Shown here: piece by piece, positions 13,682-27,300 of the stretch
Layout of the letters: the number at the start of each line of letters is the position of its first letter
Position numbering within the stretch: the first letter of the stretch is position 1
From: Octopus vulgaris
Lineage: Eukaryota
Length of the DNA stretch: 64,000 bases
Direction of reading: 5' to 3'
Assembly (NCBI GenBank): GCA_951406725.2
Contig: OX597819.1
Location: forward strand, 66,836,001-66,900,000
Program-made: the position numbers and the translations under genes
Notes under the pieces: model-generated
Databases searched by the model: none
What the model was told of the DNA's origin: nothing
What the model saw: the letters and a program-made list of their open reading frames with translations, nothing else

Positions 13682-13812
13682 CCCAATGGTTTCCCTTCAT
13701 GGCATAATTAATAGTCAATACTATTTAAGCATTTTATCTGATCAAATTCATCCTACGGCTGCGGAATTGTTTCCAAAGGGAAAGTCAATCTTTCAGGAGG
13801 ATAATGCACCAT
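13682..13812 (+). pseudogene. Tc1-like transposase DDE fragment
   Basis: PMVSLHGIINSQYYLSILSDQI...IFQEDNAP matches the Tc1 FQQDNAP catalytic region. Confidence 0.7.
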
Positions 13813-13814
13813 AA

Positions 13815-16040
13815 TAGTGCCTTATTTAATGGAATCTGCAATGTCATTGATATAGACAATCAAATTAAGGGGACCCAGCACAGTACCCCTCTTTTGCTGG
13901 TCTTGATTGTATGTCATCAACCACAACATGCCGATCCTGTTTGTTAGGAAATACTGAATCCATTGAAGTAGTTTTCCACCGACTCCAGGTTTGGTTATTT
14001 TCCTTAAGAGTATATTATATTCGACTCGGTCAAAGGTCTTGCTGAAATCAAGGCATATGACATCGGCGCTGGAACCCTCACTCAGTGCATTTAAGATGTC
14101 ATCAAAGTGGTAGAGGAGCTGCGCTAGACAGTACCTCTCATCACGAAAGCCATGCTGGTTGCAATATAAATGATATTGCTCTAGGAAGGTTGTTATTCTT
14201 TATCTCTACACTCCTTCAAATATTTCGATATGTGCGATGAGTGAGATTGGAAAGTAGTTTACAGAGAGCGATTTATTCCCCTTTTTAAAGGTAGGAATAA
14301 TTGACTAGAACAGATTTTGAGGGATAAAACCGGCATCCAGGGATTTCCTCCAGAGATTTGCCAGAGGAGCTGCGCAAGTTGTTGCCTACATTCCTACACT
14401 CTCAGGGAACCCGTCAGCACTCACTGCTGAATCATGTTTGATTTCTTCCATTCCTGCTAGGATGTCAGTACCGTCGAAGGTTATGTCGGAAAGGACATGT
14501 TGAGGATTCAAACAAGCAAAGTTGCTTGATCTCGACTGAATCAGGGTCACTAAAACAGAGCAGTATTGACTTTGCAGAATCTCAGCCATGTCTTTTACAT
14601 GACTGTGATAGATGCCGTTTCCTTCAACCAGTAGACCGATAGAGGAAATTGTGGTCGTATGTGTTTTTACAAAGCAGTAAAAACCTCAGAATTATTGTAA
14701 ATATTTAAAAAAAAAACAGGCTTCCTCTGCAGCTCTTAGATCATTTATGAGGGTTCTCATACAATCCTGCAGTTGATGCTTCTTTGATTCCAAGGTTCTT
14801 GGAGGTGATGTTGATGGTGGTATTTTAGTGTATTGATTTTTCAGTTTCTTCTTTTTATTCTCCTGATGAGCATTTTTCTGTTTTGGAATCCTGTATCTAG
14901 TGTTATGAGTCGTGAGGATGTGTGTTTTGAGCATGTGTGGGTGACTGTGTCCCCAAATAGTTGCCATGCGTTTGAGTTTGTTGTGGTATTGGAGGAAGCA
15001 AGAGTGAAGGACCAGTCCATTTGCGATAAGTCTTGAGTAGTCGCACTCCAGTTTGAATTGTGTAAATTCATATTATCAAATGGGTGCAATTGAGTTTGTG
15101 ACATATGTCTAATTTTTGGAAGCTGAAGATCGCGGTTACAGAGTACTATGTCATGTTCAGACAGGCGGGTTCTTTCAACTGCGATGCTATGGATAATGTT
15201 ACATTGTTTGCTTCAGATTACATCCAAGACACTGGTTGTTTCTGGTTGCTTCGTGGACGAGTTATGACAGGAAAAACTTATCCATAAATTTGAAAAGTAA
15301 CTCCACTGCTACTTTGCCTAAGCTTGAGTTGAAGATTCTTGGTCTCACAATATTGGCGGAACAATCAACTGAGGCTAGGTAAAAGTCACCCATCATCATA
15401 ACATTTCCTGATTTACATTACAGAAGGAAAGATTTTATCTTCTCGAGGCACTCTTGGAAATAATGTAAGGGTTCTTGTGGGGGTCTTTACCTTTGCTGTG
15501 TACGGAGACTGTTTCTCAGCAGACGCTGGAGAAAAGGTCCTTGAAACCTGCACTGAAAGAATCATGGAGAAAAATAGCAACTCCAGCCTTTCTTCAGCCT
15601 GCCCCATCAGCGAGAATGGCAGTGAAATCTCTGATTTTCAGTTCAACCTATCAATGCCGGTCGTTTAGGTGGTTCTCAGTTAGGACAAGGAAAAGGATTG
15701 GATGTGAGTGTGCTGCGATCCATCCCTAAACGTACGGTATTTTACATTTTTGAGCCTTGATTGCTGGGTTGATACCTTGGGCATTAAGGAAGAATATCGT
15801 TGATAAGGCAACAGCTTCATTGCGTTTATTCAAAATCTGCACATCATGTTTGTTGTTGTTATTGTTGTTGCTTTTCAGTGGCAGTAGCAAGGGTGTTTTT
15901 CGCAGTCGGTTGGTAATAAAGGCTGGATACTTCTCTGGATTTCTTTTGCCAGATTCAGCATGGCTAAAAAAAGAAGTTTAGTTTCTAGAATAACTGCAGT
16001 TGTTGTTGCAGAGCTGGATGAGGCCGCAATTAATGGTATT
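13815..16040 (-). pseudogene. decayed CR1-like LINE ORF2 (APE endonuclease plus RT)
   Basis: Minus-strand fragments ADVICLDFSKTFDRV, GKLLQWIQYFL, QHGFR, NYFPISL, AEILQSQYCSV, MMGDF; many stops and frameshifts. Confidence 0.7.
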
Positions 16041-16615
16041 ATTACCTTTGTTTTTCGGTTTGGTTTTCTGTTCCCCGGTTTATGTGTGGGAAATTAACCA
16101 TTTTTGCTGTAGTAGGTGAGACAGTCTTTATGGTGGTTGGACTTAGTGGAGTTGGGATAAGGATCAGATTTGGTGTGAGTGAAATTGTTGTGCGGAGCAT
16201 TCACAGTATGATTACGTTTCTCAGTACGACTGTCTATATTATACTCACTGAAGAAGTGCGGGACTGTGTCCAGTTTATTTTTTCCCCCACGCTATTAAAA
16301 AACGTCATATTAAAAAATGTTTAAACTATAAAGCTTATTTGTATATTAAAAATAAATAATAATGCTTAATGTTACAAGATTCGCTTCTGTTTTAAATGTC
16401 AACTTCCGTTTGAATTCCATACGTAAACAAATACTTTTTCTTCGCGTTCGTAAAAAATATAATAAAGGGAAAAAATAAAACACAACAAAACACGTAGGTA
16501 AATTATTTAAAAAAGTATTGCGTAGTGCAAAAACATAATCCCTATTTATTAGAATTAAATTTTTAAATTTGTTAGACTGCGGTCATGCTGGGTTGAATTA
16601 TTTAATCAATAATAT

Positions 16616-16700
16616 CATCTCCGAACACAATTCTTCGCACATTGTCAGATGTATGTGGCATTTTCAAGAGCGTCAAGAAAAGAAAATATAAAAATATTAA
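16616..16700 (+). pseudogene. Helitron/Pif1-type helicase C-terminal remnant
   Basis: HLRTQFFAHCQMYVAFSRASRKENIKIL matches the HGQLYVAFSR helicase motif VI. Confidence 0.6.
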
Positions 16701-17339
16701 CCGGTATAAATGAAAAGGGTCATTTGCTGACAGTTGTATCTGCAAAAAAGAAACAAAAAATTCTACCGTGATGTGAGACATTCATTACTCTATTTTAATT
16801 GTATTTAAGTTTCTTTTTAATTGCTAGGAGAGGAACACTAGAAACACTTAAGACATCTGTAAGGGAATATAATGAAATAGCAGTATATCGAAAATCAACT
16901 CTTCATATTGATAAATGTGATTCCTTAATTCCCAGGAGAGAATCTATTTTCAAATTCACTCAAGTGAAGATTCATAAACATTTTCCGTGGACAGTCTCAT
17001 CTCTTTTCCAATTTTCATTATCGTCTTTTTTTAAAAAATATATCATGGATTATTTTACTGATTATAGAATAAACTATAACAGAGTTTTTGTTCAATTCAT
17101 GAGCATATTGTCAATTTGCTCTATAATTTATGTATGATATCTATATGTATACATATAATATCAACATTCGCAACACATTCACCAGCAGAAAACAACCCGG
17201 AGGGCAGTTTTTCTGCTAGTATTTACTAATGGAGCGTCTAGTTCCCGGTAAAAGGGCAGCTTTGTTGCAAACATGAAGAAAATAGCGGCAAATATTGGGA
17301 TCCCATTTTTCTTTTTTGTGTAAGAGGAGTGTGATATGG

Positions 17340-18174
17340 TTCTCTGATTATAGATGTCCTATAGTTGATGCTTCAAGTTCCTGGGAGGTGAGTGAAAAGA
17401 CAGTCTTGTCGCAAACACATCCTCCCAGGGAGGAAATTACGGCAGATTTTTGGGTTCTGTTTCGTTTGTGAGGGTGGGATAAGTGGTAAGTTTTTGTTTA
17501 CGGAAGATTTAGAGGTGATTGGTCCTGGGGATGATGTGGTAAGGGTTATTCTTGGTGCACATAATTGGGCTGAGATGTTAGTCATCCTGTTGCTAGGTTG
17601 TAACGGGGAAGGACTGGTAAGGGTTGTGGTGGTTGAGACTGTCCTAGTAGCTGATGATGATGGTGACGGTGACGGCGATGCAATCGATAATCATAGTGAT
17701 GGTGCTGGTGGTGGTGACGATGGCTATGGTTGCAATGTTGCTTGCGATGAAGATGATGATAGTGATGGCAGTGGTGTTTTTGGTGATGGTAATGATGATG
17801 GTAGTTATGTTACTGGTGATAGGTATGAGGAAGTGGTTTTCATAGTAACCATGAAGTGAACAGATTTTGGTATCTGGGCATTAGTCGGTTGGACAGTTAA
17901 CAGGCCTGTAGCGGTAGGCTGTTTTCGTTTAGTAGAATCGGCGAATATTAAGATGCTCCTTAACGAGGTGGTAGGATTTTGAAATATGCTTGAATTTAGA
18001 TTCCACTTGTTCTGCTTCTCGATTGTTAAAAAGCGGGACAATTTTAGAAACAGCTTCACTAATGCATAAGCTTTGTGTGTTGGCTTTGTGTGAAAGATCA
18101 GGCCATCTGTTTAGTAGAATAACAATTTCACTTTCTTTCGGACTATTTTGCTCTTGGTGATAGTAGTTGCTCAC
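17340..18174 (-). pseudogene. decayed LINE ORF1-like fragment with CCCH zinc finger
   Basis: KICRNFLPGRMCLRQDCLFTHLPGT (C-x7-C-x4-C-x3-H); interrupted by a GAT/GGT-rich tract; same orientation as, and upstream of, the CR1-like ORF2 remnant. Confidence 0.45.
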
Positions 18175-18341
18175 TTTACTTTCGTTCGTTTTGCTAGTAA
18201 TTAATTAGGATATATTCTCCTTTTTCTCTGATATGGAGAAAAAATAATTTGCAAAGTCAAGGGTGTTTGAGTTATGCGAAATTATGTGGTAATTTTGTAT
18301 GTGACCGTTAGCTTTAAATAGTGTTATACGAGTGATAGTAT

Positions 18342-18735
18342 GGCGGCGAGGTGGCAGAAACTTTAACGCGCCGGGCGAAATGCTTAGCGGCATTTCGTCT
18401 GCCGCTACGTTCTGAGTTCAAATTCCGCCAAGGTCTACTTTGCCTTTCATCCTTTCGGGGTCGATAAATAAAGTACCAGTTACGCACTGGGGGTCGATAT
18501 AATCGACTTAATCCGTTTGTCTCTCCTTGTTTGTTCTCTGTGTGTTTAGCCCTTTGTGGGTAGTAAAGAAATGGGTACTTCATCTGTCTTTATGCTCTAA
18601 GTTCAAATTTCGCCGAGGTCCACTTTACCTTTCTTCCTTTCGGGGACGATAAATTAAGTACCAGTTGCGTACTGGGGTGGATCTAATCGACGGCATCCCG
18701 CAAACATTCGGGCCTTGTGCCTAGAGTAGAAAAGG
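18342..18735 (+). mobile_element. SINE family A dimer
   Basis: Full unit 18342-18572 joined tail-to-internal-head to a second unit. Confidence 0.8.
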
Positions 18736-18774
18736 ATATACGAGTGATATTTGCAGTAAAGTGATTTTATTCTG

Positions 18775-19005
18775 TTTGTTATGTGTCTTTTCGACGGATA
18801 TTTGTTCTTATCTTGTCTGTTGTTAACACAAGGTTTCGGTTGATCTACCCTCCAGCCTTCATCAGGTGTCTTGGAGAACCCAGGTTCAAAATTTCCACCA
18901 TGACACCTGAAGAAATGTATAAGGTAGAGCCGAAACATTGTGTTAAAAACAAACAAGATGAGGACAAAAATCCTCCGAATGTAAACAATGTAAATAATGT
19001 AAATA
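18775..19005. mobile_element. foldback of a short hammerhead-bearing PLE-derived element (GACAC family)
   Basis: Hammerheads at 18825-18870 (-; GACAC-CTGATGA-AGGCTG...CAACC-GAAA-CCTT-GTGTT) and 18902-18944 (+; decayed stem II); same family at 43995, 46547 and 58811. Confidence 0.7.
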
Positions 19006-19597
19006 TTGTTCCTTGGATTTTATTTTGTCAAATTTCCGACTTTTCAATCCAGACCAAGAAACAATAGTTTTCTATGCAGCCCAATTCTCTTCGCGTGCAT
19101 AGGAAATCAGCAGGTTGCTGGCATGTTTCTCAACCTGGGTAAATGCGCGTCCGCCACGCCTCTTCGTCTCTCTGTTAAAGCATCTATGATTTAGAATCTC
19201 ACCTCCCTGTCCGATTCTGCAAGTGCAAGCAAATTTATTCTCACTAGGCAGGGTTTATGCTTCTACTTGTATTGCACTTGTAAATGATCCAAACGTCTTT
19301 ATTTTACCTGAGAGAGCAGAGGTGTGAGTGGCTGTAAAAATTTCGCTTTTTCGGGTGATTTTGCCATTGGTTATGCAGGCTGAAGGCTTTGTTGCTTCTA
19401 AGGTGATGATAGCATTGGCAGAGTTGTAATTAAGCGTTATGTTAGCATTATTACAGTTTTTGATATTGTTGTTGTCGGCTGCCATTGTAGAACTACTGCC
19501 TTTTGTGATGACAGTTGCTGCTGTGTGATGGTTCATCTTTGTCAAGTTTTATTACTGTTGACAGAGTTATTATTGTTGTTATTGTTGTTATTAACGA

Positions 19598-19601
19598 AGA
19601 A

Positions 19602-19674
<73 letters not shown>

Positions 19675-19690
19675 TTGACGATGATGATGG
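19598..19690. repeat. (GAT)n microsatellite
   Basis: Direct reading. Confidence 0.95.
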
Positions 19691-20154
19691 TGTTCTTATT
19701 TTTATGGTTAACGTTTTAAAGATTTTCGCCTCAACATTTCTTTAAAAAATGTTTGCAAATTGACTAAAAAAAAATATCCCTTGAGATATTAATCCGAGTT
19801 TGTTATGGCGGCCTCCCATTGCTAGTGTCTGTTAATGTTCTAACACTGCTGTCGGCGTTCTACCGTTGACGATGTCTGATAAATACAGACGACGAAGATT
19901 AGAAACTGTTGGAGAAATGTGGAAAAGGAAATGCTAGATAACCGTAAGAATTTACATTACAAAGAGTAATTGGTGCACTAAGTTCAACGGGAAAATTAAA
20001 ACGTTAGATGTTGATGAATAGTGGAATTAAGAGCTGTGTTGTGGATTTACTGAAAATTATACAGTACAGTAAGTAAGATTCCGGAAATCTTAAGAAACGT
20101 AATACTAATTAAGTTTACAATAACATTTCTGTATTATTATGTATCACCTTTAAG

Positions 20155-21312
20155 GCTGAGAGCTGGTAGAGTTGTTAGCATGACAGGCGATATTCTTAGC
20201 AATATTTCGTCTGTCTTTACGTTCTGAGTTCAAATTTCGCCGAGGTCGAATTTGCCTTTAACTATTTCGGGGTTGAAAATTAAATACCAGTTGCGTACTG
20301 GGGTCGATCTAATCAACTGGCCTCTTCCCCAAAAATTTCGGGTCTTGTGACTAGATTAGAAATGAATATGTATCACCTTTAATAATCCTTTCACCTATAG
20401 TCACAAGGCTCGAATCTTTGCGAGGAGGGGGCAGTAGCTTTCATCGACCCCAGTACTATACTGGGATCGTTTCGGTTTGAACGGCAGTTTTTTCTAGCGG
20501 TGTCATATGAAATTGTCACCCATAATTATGACCCTAGTATCGAATTATTGCATTTCAATCTGTTTTAGTTTTAGGGTTAGGGGTGGGGGGAAGGTTATCT
20601 TTTTTTCTTCACAAATGTAAATAAACCCAAACTGTTTCTTGAACGAGGGCCATATTCTTACGGCACAGAATGTTTTTTTTTAACTCAATAGACGTTATTA
20701 ATTGGTTGAAATTGCAAAAATTGAAGAAAAAAACAACAAATATCTTACAAACTATAGAATTTTCTCAATAAAGCCAAGAGAAAAAGATGTTTTATAAACA
20801 CATTCTATCAGTATACGAAGTTTAAGTGTTTAGTTACGTGGAAATTATTTTTAAAAACTGCATCCCTATACTGGTACTTATTTTATCGAACCCGGAATTA
20901 TGAATTGTAAAGTTGACCTCGCGGAATTTCATCTCAGAACGTATAGACGGGCGAATTACCGCTAAGCCGAGCGAAATGATTAGTGTTATTTCGTCCGTCG
21001 CTACCTCCTGAGTTCAAATTTCGCCGAGGTCGACTTAGCCTTTCGTTCTTTTGAGTTCGGTGAAAAGAGTACCAGTTGAGCACTGGGGTCAAACTAATTT
21101 GAAACCAATAAGGCGGCGAGCTGGCAGAATCGTTAGCACACCGGGCGAAATTATTAGCGGTATTTCTCTCACCGCTACGTTCTGATTTCAAATTCCGTCA
21201 AGTTCGACTTTAACTTTCATCTTTCGAAGTCGATAAAATCACTGGGGTCAATGTAATCGACCAATCCATTCACCCCAAATTTCAGGTCTTGTGCTTACAG
21301 TAGAAAGGATTA
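20155..21312. mobile_element. cluster of SINE family A copies in both orientations
   Basis: + copies at ~20155-20365, 20965-21100 and 21111-21312; - copy at ~20385-20965 split by a MITE. Confidence 0.7.
20464..20865. mobile_element. non-autonomous DNA transposon (MITE) nested in a SINE
   Basis: 8-9-bp TSD CTATACTG(G) at 20456 and 20866; ends GGAT...GCAGTTTTT / AAAAACTGC-ATCC (right TIR internally deleted); internal TTAGGGTTAGGG. Confidence 0.7.
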
Positions 21313-22324
21313 TTATTATTATTATTATTATCATCGTCATCATCATCATCAGAATGTATTCTTGTATTGGTCAGAAGTGATCACAACATCATTGACAACA
21401 TTAAAATATGCAACACAGCACACACACACACAAAAAACTGTTAGGTTTACATCAATATAAAGGACATGAACATAGCTGAATGATATACCAAAATATATAA
21501 GATTAACTTCCAGCCAAAATAATTAACAAGAAACTCTGCCCAATAGCTGAGTAGACTAGCTGGAGTAATTCACCAGCGGCACCTCCAAGAGAAAGCCTAA
21601 AGAAAGGCACGTAGAGCTCTCTCACACTTCGTGTACACAGTGATATTCAGCATAACCACTATTAATTTACTTAAAGAACCACTAACATTTTATGAATACT
21701 GTGGACAATATTATTAAAAATAAACAATCAATGTTCCGCAGAAGCTTCCAGGAAACTTTTGTATTTTGCTGAAACGAGGAACTCTTAGTAACTATAAACA
21801 AGTGAAGCTTCAATAGACAAAACTATATAAGCAACACAGAAATGTGCTCTCTCGGTATGTATATATTCTTCCTTGATATAATGGCATATTTTGTGAAAAA
21901 ACTGGTGTCTGAACTTTCTCATTTTTGTCTTGTGTATTTTGAGGTGAATAGATGGAAGGAATGTTCCATCCAAAACAGTGAAGGTTCAAATTCTTATCAT
22001 TCTGATTTCGGTCCTGACAAAAACGCAGAAGAGGAATTCAGTGGGTAGATATTGCAAAAAATAAAAAAATAATAAAAAAACGTAGTGTGTTCAATAAATG
22101 TGCTCTCAATATGTACTCTAAGAATGAAAGGAACTAATTAAAAGGTGAGTTAAATATGTTGAATCTGTAAGCTGAGATCGCATCATCATAACAGAACACA
22201 CCACATATTTAAATAGATGAATTACATAATATAAACAAGAGAGAAGAGACAGAGTCGTTTATCTCGGAAAAACTGAGTATTGAAATGAATAATACAACTG
22301 AATTTTGAAGTGTTATTATACATA

Positions 22325-22705
22325 TAGGTGCAGGAGTGACTTTGTGGCTAGAAAATTGCTTCCCAACCACATGGTTTCGGGTTCAGTCCCACAGCGTGTC
22401 ATCTTAGACAAATGTCTTCCACTTTAGCCTCCGGTCGATCAAAGCCTTGTGAGTGCATTTGGTAGGTGAAAACCGAAAGAAGACCGTCGTATGTGCGTGT
22501 GTCTGCCTGTTTGTGTCTGTGTTTGTCTCCCCAACATCGTTTGACAACCGATGTTGGTGTGTCTACGTCCCTGTAACTTAGCAGTTCGGCCAGAAAGACC
22601 GATAGAATATGTACTGGGCATATAAAGTTCTAGGGTCGATCTGTTCGACTAAAGGCATTGCTCCAGCATGACTGCAGACAAAATAACTGAAACAAATAAA
22701 AGACT
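22325..22705 (+). mobile_element. tRNA-derived SINE, family C (CORE-like)
   Basis: GGTTCAGTCCC B-box; other copies show the CORE-like TTGGGCAAGTG; related copies at 30478-30605 (+), 51385-51715 (-) and 60550-60908 (-). Confidence 0.7.
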
Positions 22706-23503
22706 AGAAGAATGCATGTACAAAGCGTTCTATTTATGATCTAAAGCTTCGGTAATATATATTGATTTCAAATTGTGGCACAAGGCCAGCACTTTCTTGA
22801 GAGGGTATAGGTCGTTTACATCGACCCCAGCGATCAGCTGGGACTTATTTTATCCACCCTGAAAGCATGAAAGACAAAGTTGACCTCGTTTGAATTCGAA
22901 CTCAGTATGTAAATACTGACGAAATGCCGCTAAGCATTTCATCCGGCGTACTAGCTACTCAAGAAGTTCGCTGCTTTAGTTTCAGTAATATACATTAAAC
23001 GTTAAATGAATTAAATGCTTCGTTTAGAAAAAATAATCTCCAAACAAACGACACCAATGGCGACTAATATGTATATCTAAGTCATTGGCAAGCTGGAAAG
23101 GACAAGATGCATGCTAGCGAGAAAGTGTTAAGTTAATACAAACAAAGGAAAACTTGTTAATTTCCTATAGAAGCTGAAGGAAAAATGGTAACAAAAAAAT
23201 CGTTGTATACAACAGACAGAAATAAGAAATAGCGAAATACAAACTTATTCAAGCGATTTACATTATGATGAAGAATCGGAGCAATTTTTTGAAGAAAATG
23301 AAGATATGAAAAATTCTATTTCCGAAATATTAAAAAGGAGAAATTGATAGAAAACCACATCGTGGCAAATATTTTGCAAAGTTTGACAGTTATAATGTAG
23401 ATCAGTGTGAAATGCAATAGTGACACATAGGCTCTGGACTTCATGTAATGTTGGTAGGTATTTATGTTATGCATATAATCATATATTCAAACATATGATG
23501 ATG

Positions 23504-23579
<76 letters not shown>

Positions 23580-23581
23580 TA

Positions 23582-23878
23582 ATAGGAATGATCAAGAAGG
23601 GAACCGAAAATTATATGAGAATGATCCCTGGCTTACCATCCCTGCAAGAAGTGCAAAAGATTGTCTTAACTGGAACATCACACGTATTGAGAAGAGCATT
23701 GTCGATGTGAGAACTGTTGCTGCTCATGTATTTTAATTTAACTTTAAAAAAAAAAAAAATGAACGAACTACTGAGTTTGGTTTAATGGCCTACCAATGTA
23801 TACTATGAGTTTCTTTGCCCTAGGAGTCGGGAAGACACTCGGCAATAAATGGAAGCAAATTTGAAAGAAGAAAAAAAA
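23582..23878 (+). mobile_element. 5'-truncated R4/Dong element, family 2 (3' end only)
   Basis: GMIKKGTENYMRMIPGLPSLQEVQKIVLTGTSHVLRRALSM* aligns to the C-terminus of the 24947-28828 ORF; (TAA)n on both sides. Confidence 0.85.
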
Positions 23879-23889
23879 ATAATAATGAC

Positions 23890-23950
<61 letters not shown>

Positions 23951-23951
<1 letters not shown>

Positions 23952-24297
23952 GACTAAAACAATACCTGTTGTCATAGGTGCCCTGGGAATGATAGCAAAG
24001 GGGCTGATTGCTACCTAACTCAGATACCAGGAAACCCAAAAATGGCAGAAATTCAAAAGATAGTGCGCATGGGAACTGCTCATATCCTATGCAAAATACT
24101 TTCTATGTAATCTCAAGGTTTAAAACAAACATAATTTTCGTTTTTTTTAGACATTCATTAGTACAACACCAAAAACTCCCCCCAAAATATATGGTACACT
24201 AGGCATAACAACAACATGAACTTCCAACCTGTTGTCTCTTGAGGTCTCTGGGTGAGACTTGGAGCCAACTTGTACAAATATAAAGCAAAACTCAAAC

Positions 24298-24300
<3 letters not shown>
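23951..24300 (+). mobile_element. 5'-truncated R4/Dong element, family 3 (3' end only)
   Basis: TKTIPVVIGALGMIAKG.../IPGNPKMAEIQKIVRMGTAHILCKILSM* (one frameshift); (TAA)n on both sides. Confidence 0.85.
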
Positions 24301-24381
<81 letters not shown>

Positions 24382-27300
24382 GCTCCGGGCTGAATAACAG
24401 AATAAGCTCCGGGCTGAATAACAACATGGATGTTCCCTGGGAGCCTCTCTCCAAAAAACGAATTTAATCCAACAACATCGTTACAATGGAAGAAAGGTTC
24501 CACAAAATATCTTTTCCAAATTTTCTTTTAAGGCAAAGTAACTAAAAAGTCCGAACTATTATTGCCATATATAGTATGGTTTTCTTTCTTTTATGCACAC
24601 TATTTCCATGTGACATGCATAAGAAATAGAAGCGAACATCAGGGCTCTTGAAAGACAGTAAGTACATAAATTGATTAATTAATTAATTAATTAATTAAGT
24701 ATACATGCAACTGTTTATGCATACACGTACACATTTTAATTATAAAGTATACATGCAACTGTTTGTGCATACATGTACACATTTTAATTATAAAGCATAA
24801 ATAATGCATACACGCGCTCACACGTACACACAGAAAGAAAAACCACGTTACGCGGACGAAAACAAAACAAAAACAAAGCGATTTTTCACGAACAAACGCA
24901 AAAAAGAGAAAATTGGTCACTGAATTTAGAAAGTCACTACACAGTTATGCCCGGAAACATGACTACCAAAAGAAATAGAGGCGAATTTCGATCTGTAAGT
25001 CTTATGCGAGTTCGATATGAACAATATATTAATTCGGAGAATTCAGAAGCGGTGTTTTGTCAAAAAATTGACCCTGTCACCGTCACAGAAGCGGCGTCTT
25101 GTCAAAAAGTTGACTCTGAAAAAATGGACCCCTCTGATGTCGCCGTCAATCATTTAATGAAAACAAGCCAAAAATCATGCCGGATCGGTCATCGCCCGGG
25201 ACAACAAGGACCGCGTTACCCACTAGGGAACCAGACTGGGGTCGAAAAGTTTGCTGCTGGAACAAACTCTCAAAAAGACGATCTACCAGGTGACCAGAAC
25301 CAGAATACTTCTAACTCTGGACTTGTAGTGACACCACCAAAAACACCACCTAAAGCAAAACGTATAAAATGGACCAGAGAGGACTATAGAGATGTGTTGA
25401 AAGCTTTTTATACAGCCCAACTAAACCCAAACAATAACCTCAGTGTACAAACATACATCTCATGGAGAAATTCAGTAGGCAATGACGTACGTAGATATAT
25501 AGACGCAAATAAATTAAGTAATGTACGCAGAGATATAATTAAAAACAAAAGACTAACTGACGCTGAAATTGACAAAATTAGGACACTAATAGCTCATGGT
25601 AGACCAAAAGAAAACAGCAACAATGTAGACGAAATAGGTAATAGTAGCACAGAAGCCAGTGTACAAGCGGCAAATCAACTTCCCAATGGGGAAGTTAAAC
25701 AAAGAATAGCGAAGACGAGAGATTTGAAAAAAGAGGAGAACGTAGACCTTCCTCAAGAAAACCAAAATAGATATGACATAGAATTTGAGGTGAATAATAG
25801 AGAAAAGATTATGGAAGCAAAAGTGGACATTATGAGAGAACTCGGCAAGATTGAGCTCACTGACATGGTTAATAGAGAACCACTACCAAAGTTTTCAAAT
25901 GGCACAAGAAATAACAACACAATCATGACATATAACGTTGCCCTAGGACAGATCTTAAGAAATAAGGGGAATGATTTGACAACCTTAAATAATCTCATTT
26001 ATTCCACTGCTAAAGTAGTAACTACCCAACTAGGTATTAAGATGACAAAGAAAAAGGCCAGGCATGTCAATGAACCTCCTAAGTGGAAAGTAGCGATACA
26101 AAAAGAGATTGAATCTCTGCGGGCGGATGTTTCAGTTCTCGATGAGCTTGCTAGAGGAGTGAATATTAAGCCGAGAAAAGCTAGAAAAATCAAGCAAAAA
26201 TATAAAATCAAAGATCTGATAAACCTCCCTGCAACTAAGGAACTGTTGAAACAACGGATACAGTTGAAAGCTCAACGGCTTAGAAGGTATGACAAAAGAA
26301 ACAAATTTTATCGACAAAATAAATTTTTTAAGACAGATGCAAAGAAATTTTATAGGGAAATTGGCAAAAATAAAATACACATAGAAGATCCACCTAAGAT
26401 TGAGGAAGTGGAGGAGTTCTGGAAGAAGGTATGGAGCAACGAAAAAGAGTTTAATGCTGAGGCTGACTGGATAGAACGTGAGAAAGAGAGACTGGATGAA
26501 CTTGAAGAACAGAAATGGGAAGCAATAGGAATAGAGGAGCTAAGGTGTGTCCTTAGGAAGGCTCATAAATGGAAAACCCCAGGACTGGATCGGATCCCTA
26601 ACTTCTGGCTGAATTGTTTGACAGAGGTACACGAACATCTCGCTGCATCTCTGTCTGATGTCATTCAGAACCCAGAGCAAATACCTGCTTGGCTGACTGA
26701 AGGAACCACCTACCTATTACCTAAAACCGAAGACACAAAAAACCCAAAGAATTACCGGCCAATAACATGTCTCAACACCACCTACAAAATCCTCACATCC
26801 ATAATAACGGAGAGAATGTACGCTTTCCTTGAACAAAATTCTATCCTTCCACAAGCTCAAAAAGGTTGTAAAAGAAACTCTTATGGGTGCAAAGACCAAT
26901 TGCTCATAAACAGAATGATTGTAGAGAATTGCCGGAGCAAAAACAAAAACCTGAGTATGGCATGGATAGACTACAGGAAAGCGTATGACAGTGTCCCACA
27001 TAAATGGATACTCAAGGCCCTTGAGATATACAAGATCTCCCCTGTCGTCTCAAAATTCTTAGAGAATAGCATGACCATGTGGAACACACGTCTCTTTCTA
27101 AGCCATAGTAATGGGATGAGCCAGTCCAACAGCATCAACATCAAACGAGGCATCTTTCAAGGTGACTCCCTCTCTCCATTACTTTTTTGCATGGCACTGA
27201 TCCCACTCTCAAACGAATTGGATAGTGCCAGATATGGGTACAAAGTTTTTAGCAAGTTAATAAACCACCTTTTTTATATGGATGATCTAAAGCTGTTTGC

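Noticed and set aside
19020-19545. Possible decayed LINE endonuclease N-terminus on the minus strand (NRETKRRGG)
   Set aside because: Similarity too weak to call
20572-20590. TTAGGG telomeric repeat
   Set aside because: Only two units, internal to a MITE; not an interstitial telomere array
24382-24480. Possible HDV-like ribozyme at the 5' end of the Dong element
   Set aside because: A GCTCC/GGAGC stem and TGGAT/ATCCA pairing exist, but I could not build P1.1, P3 and J4/2 in the required order
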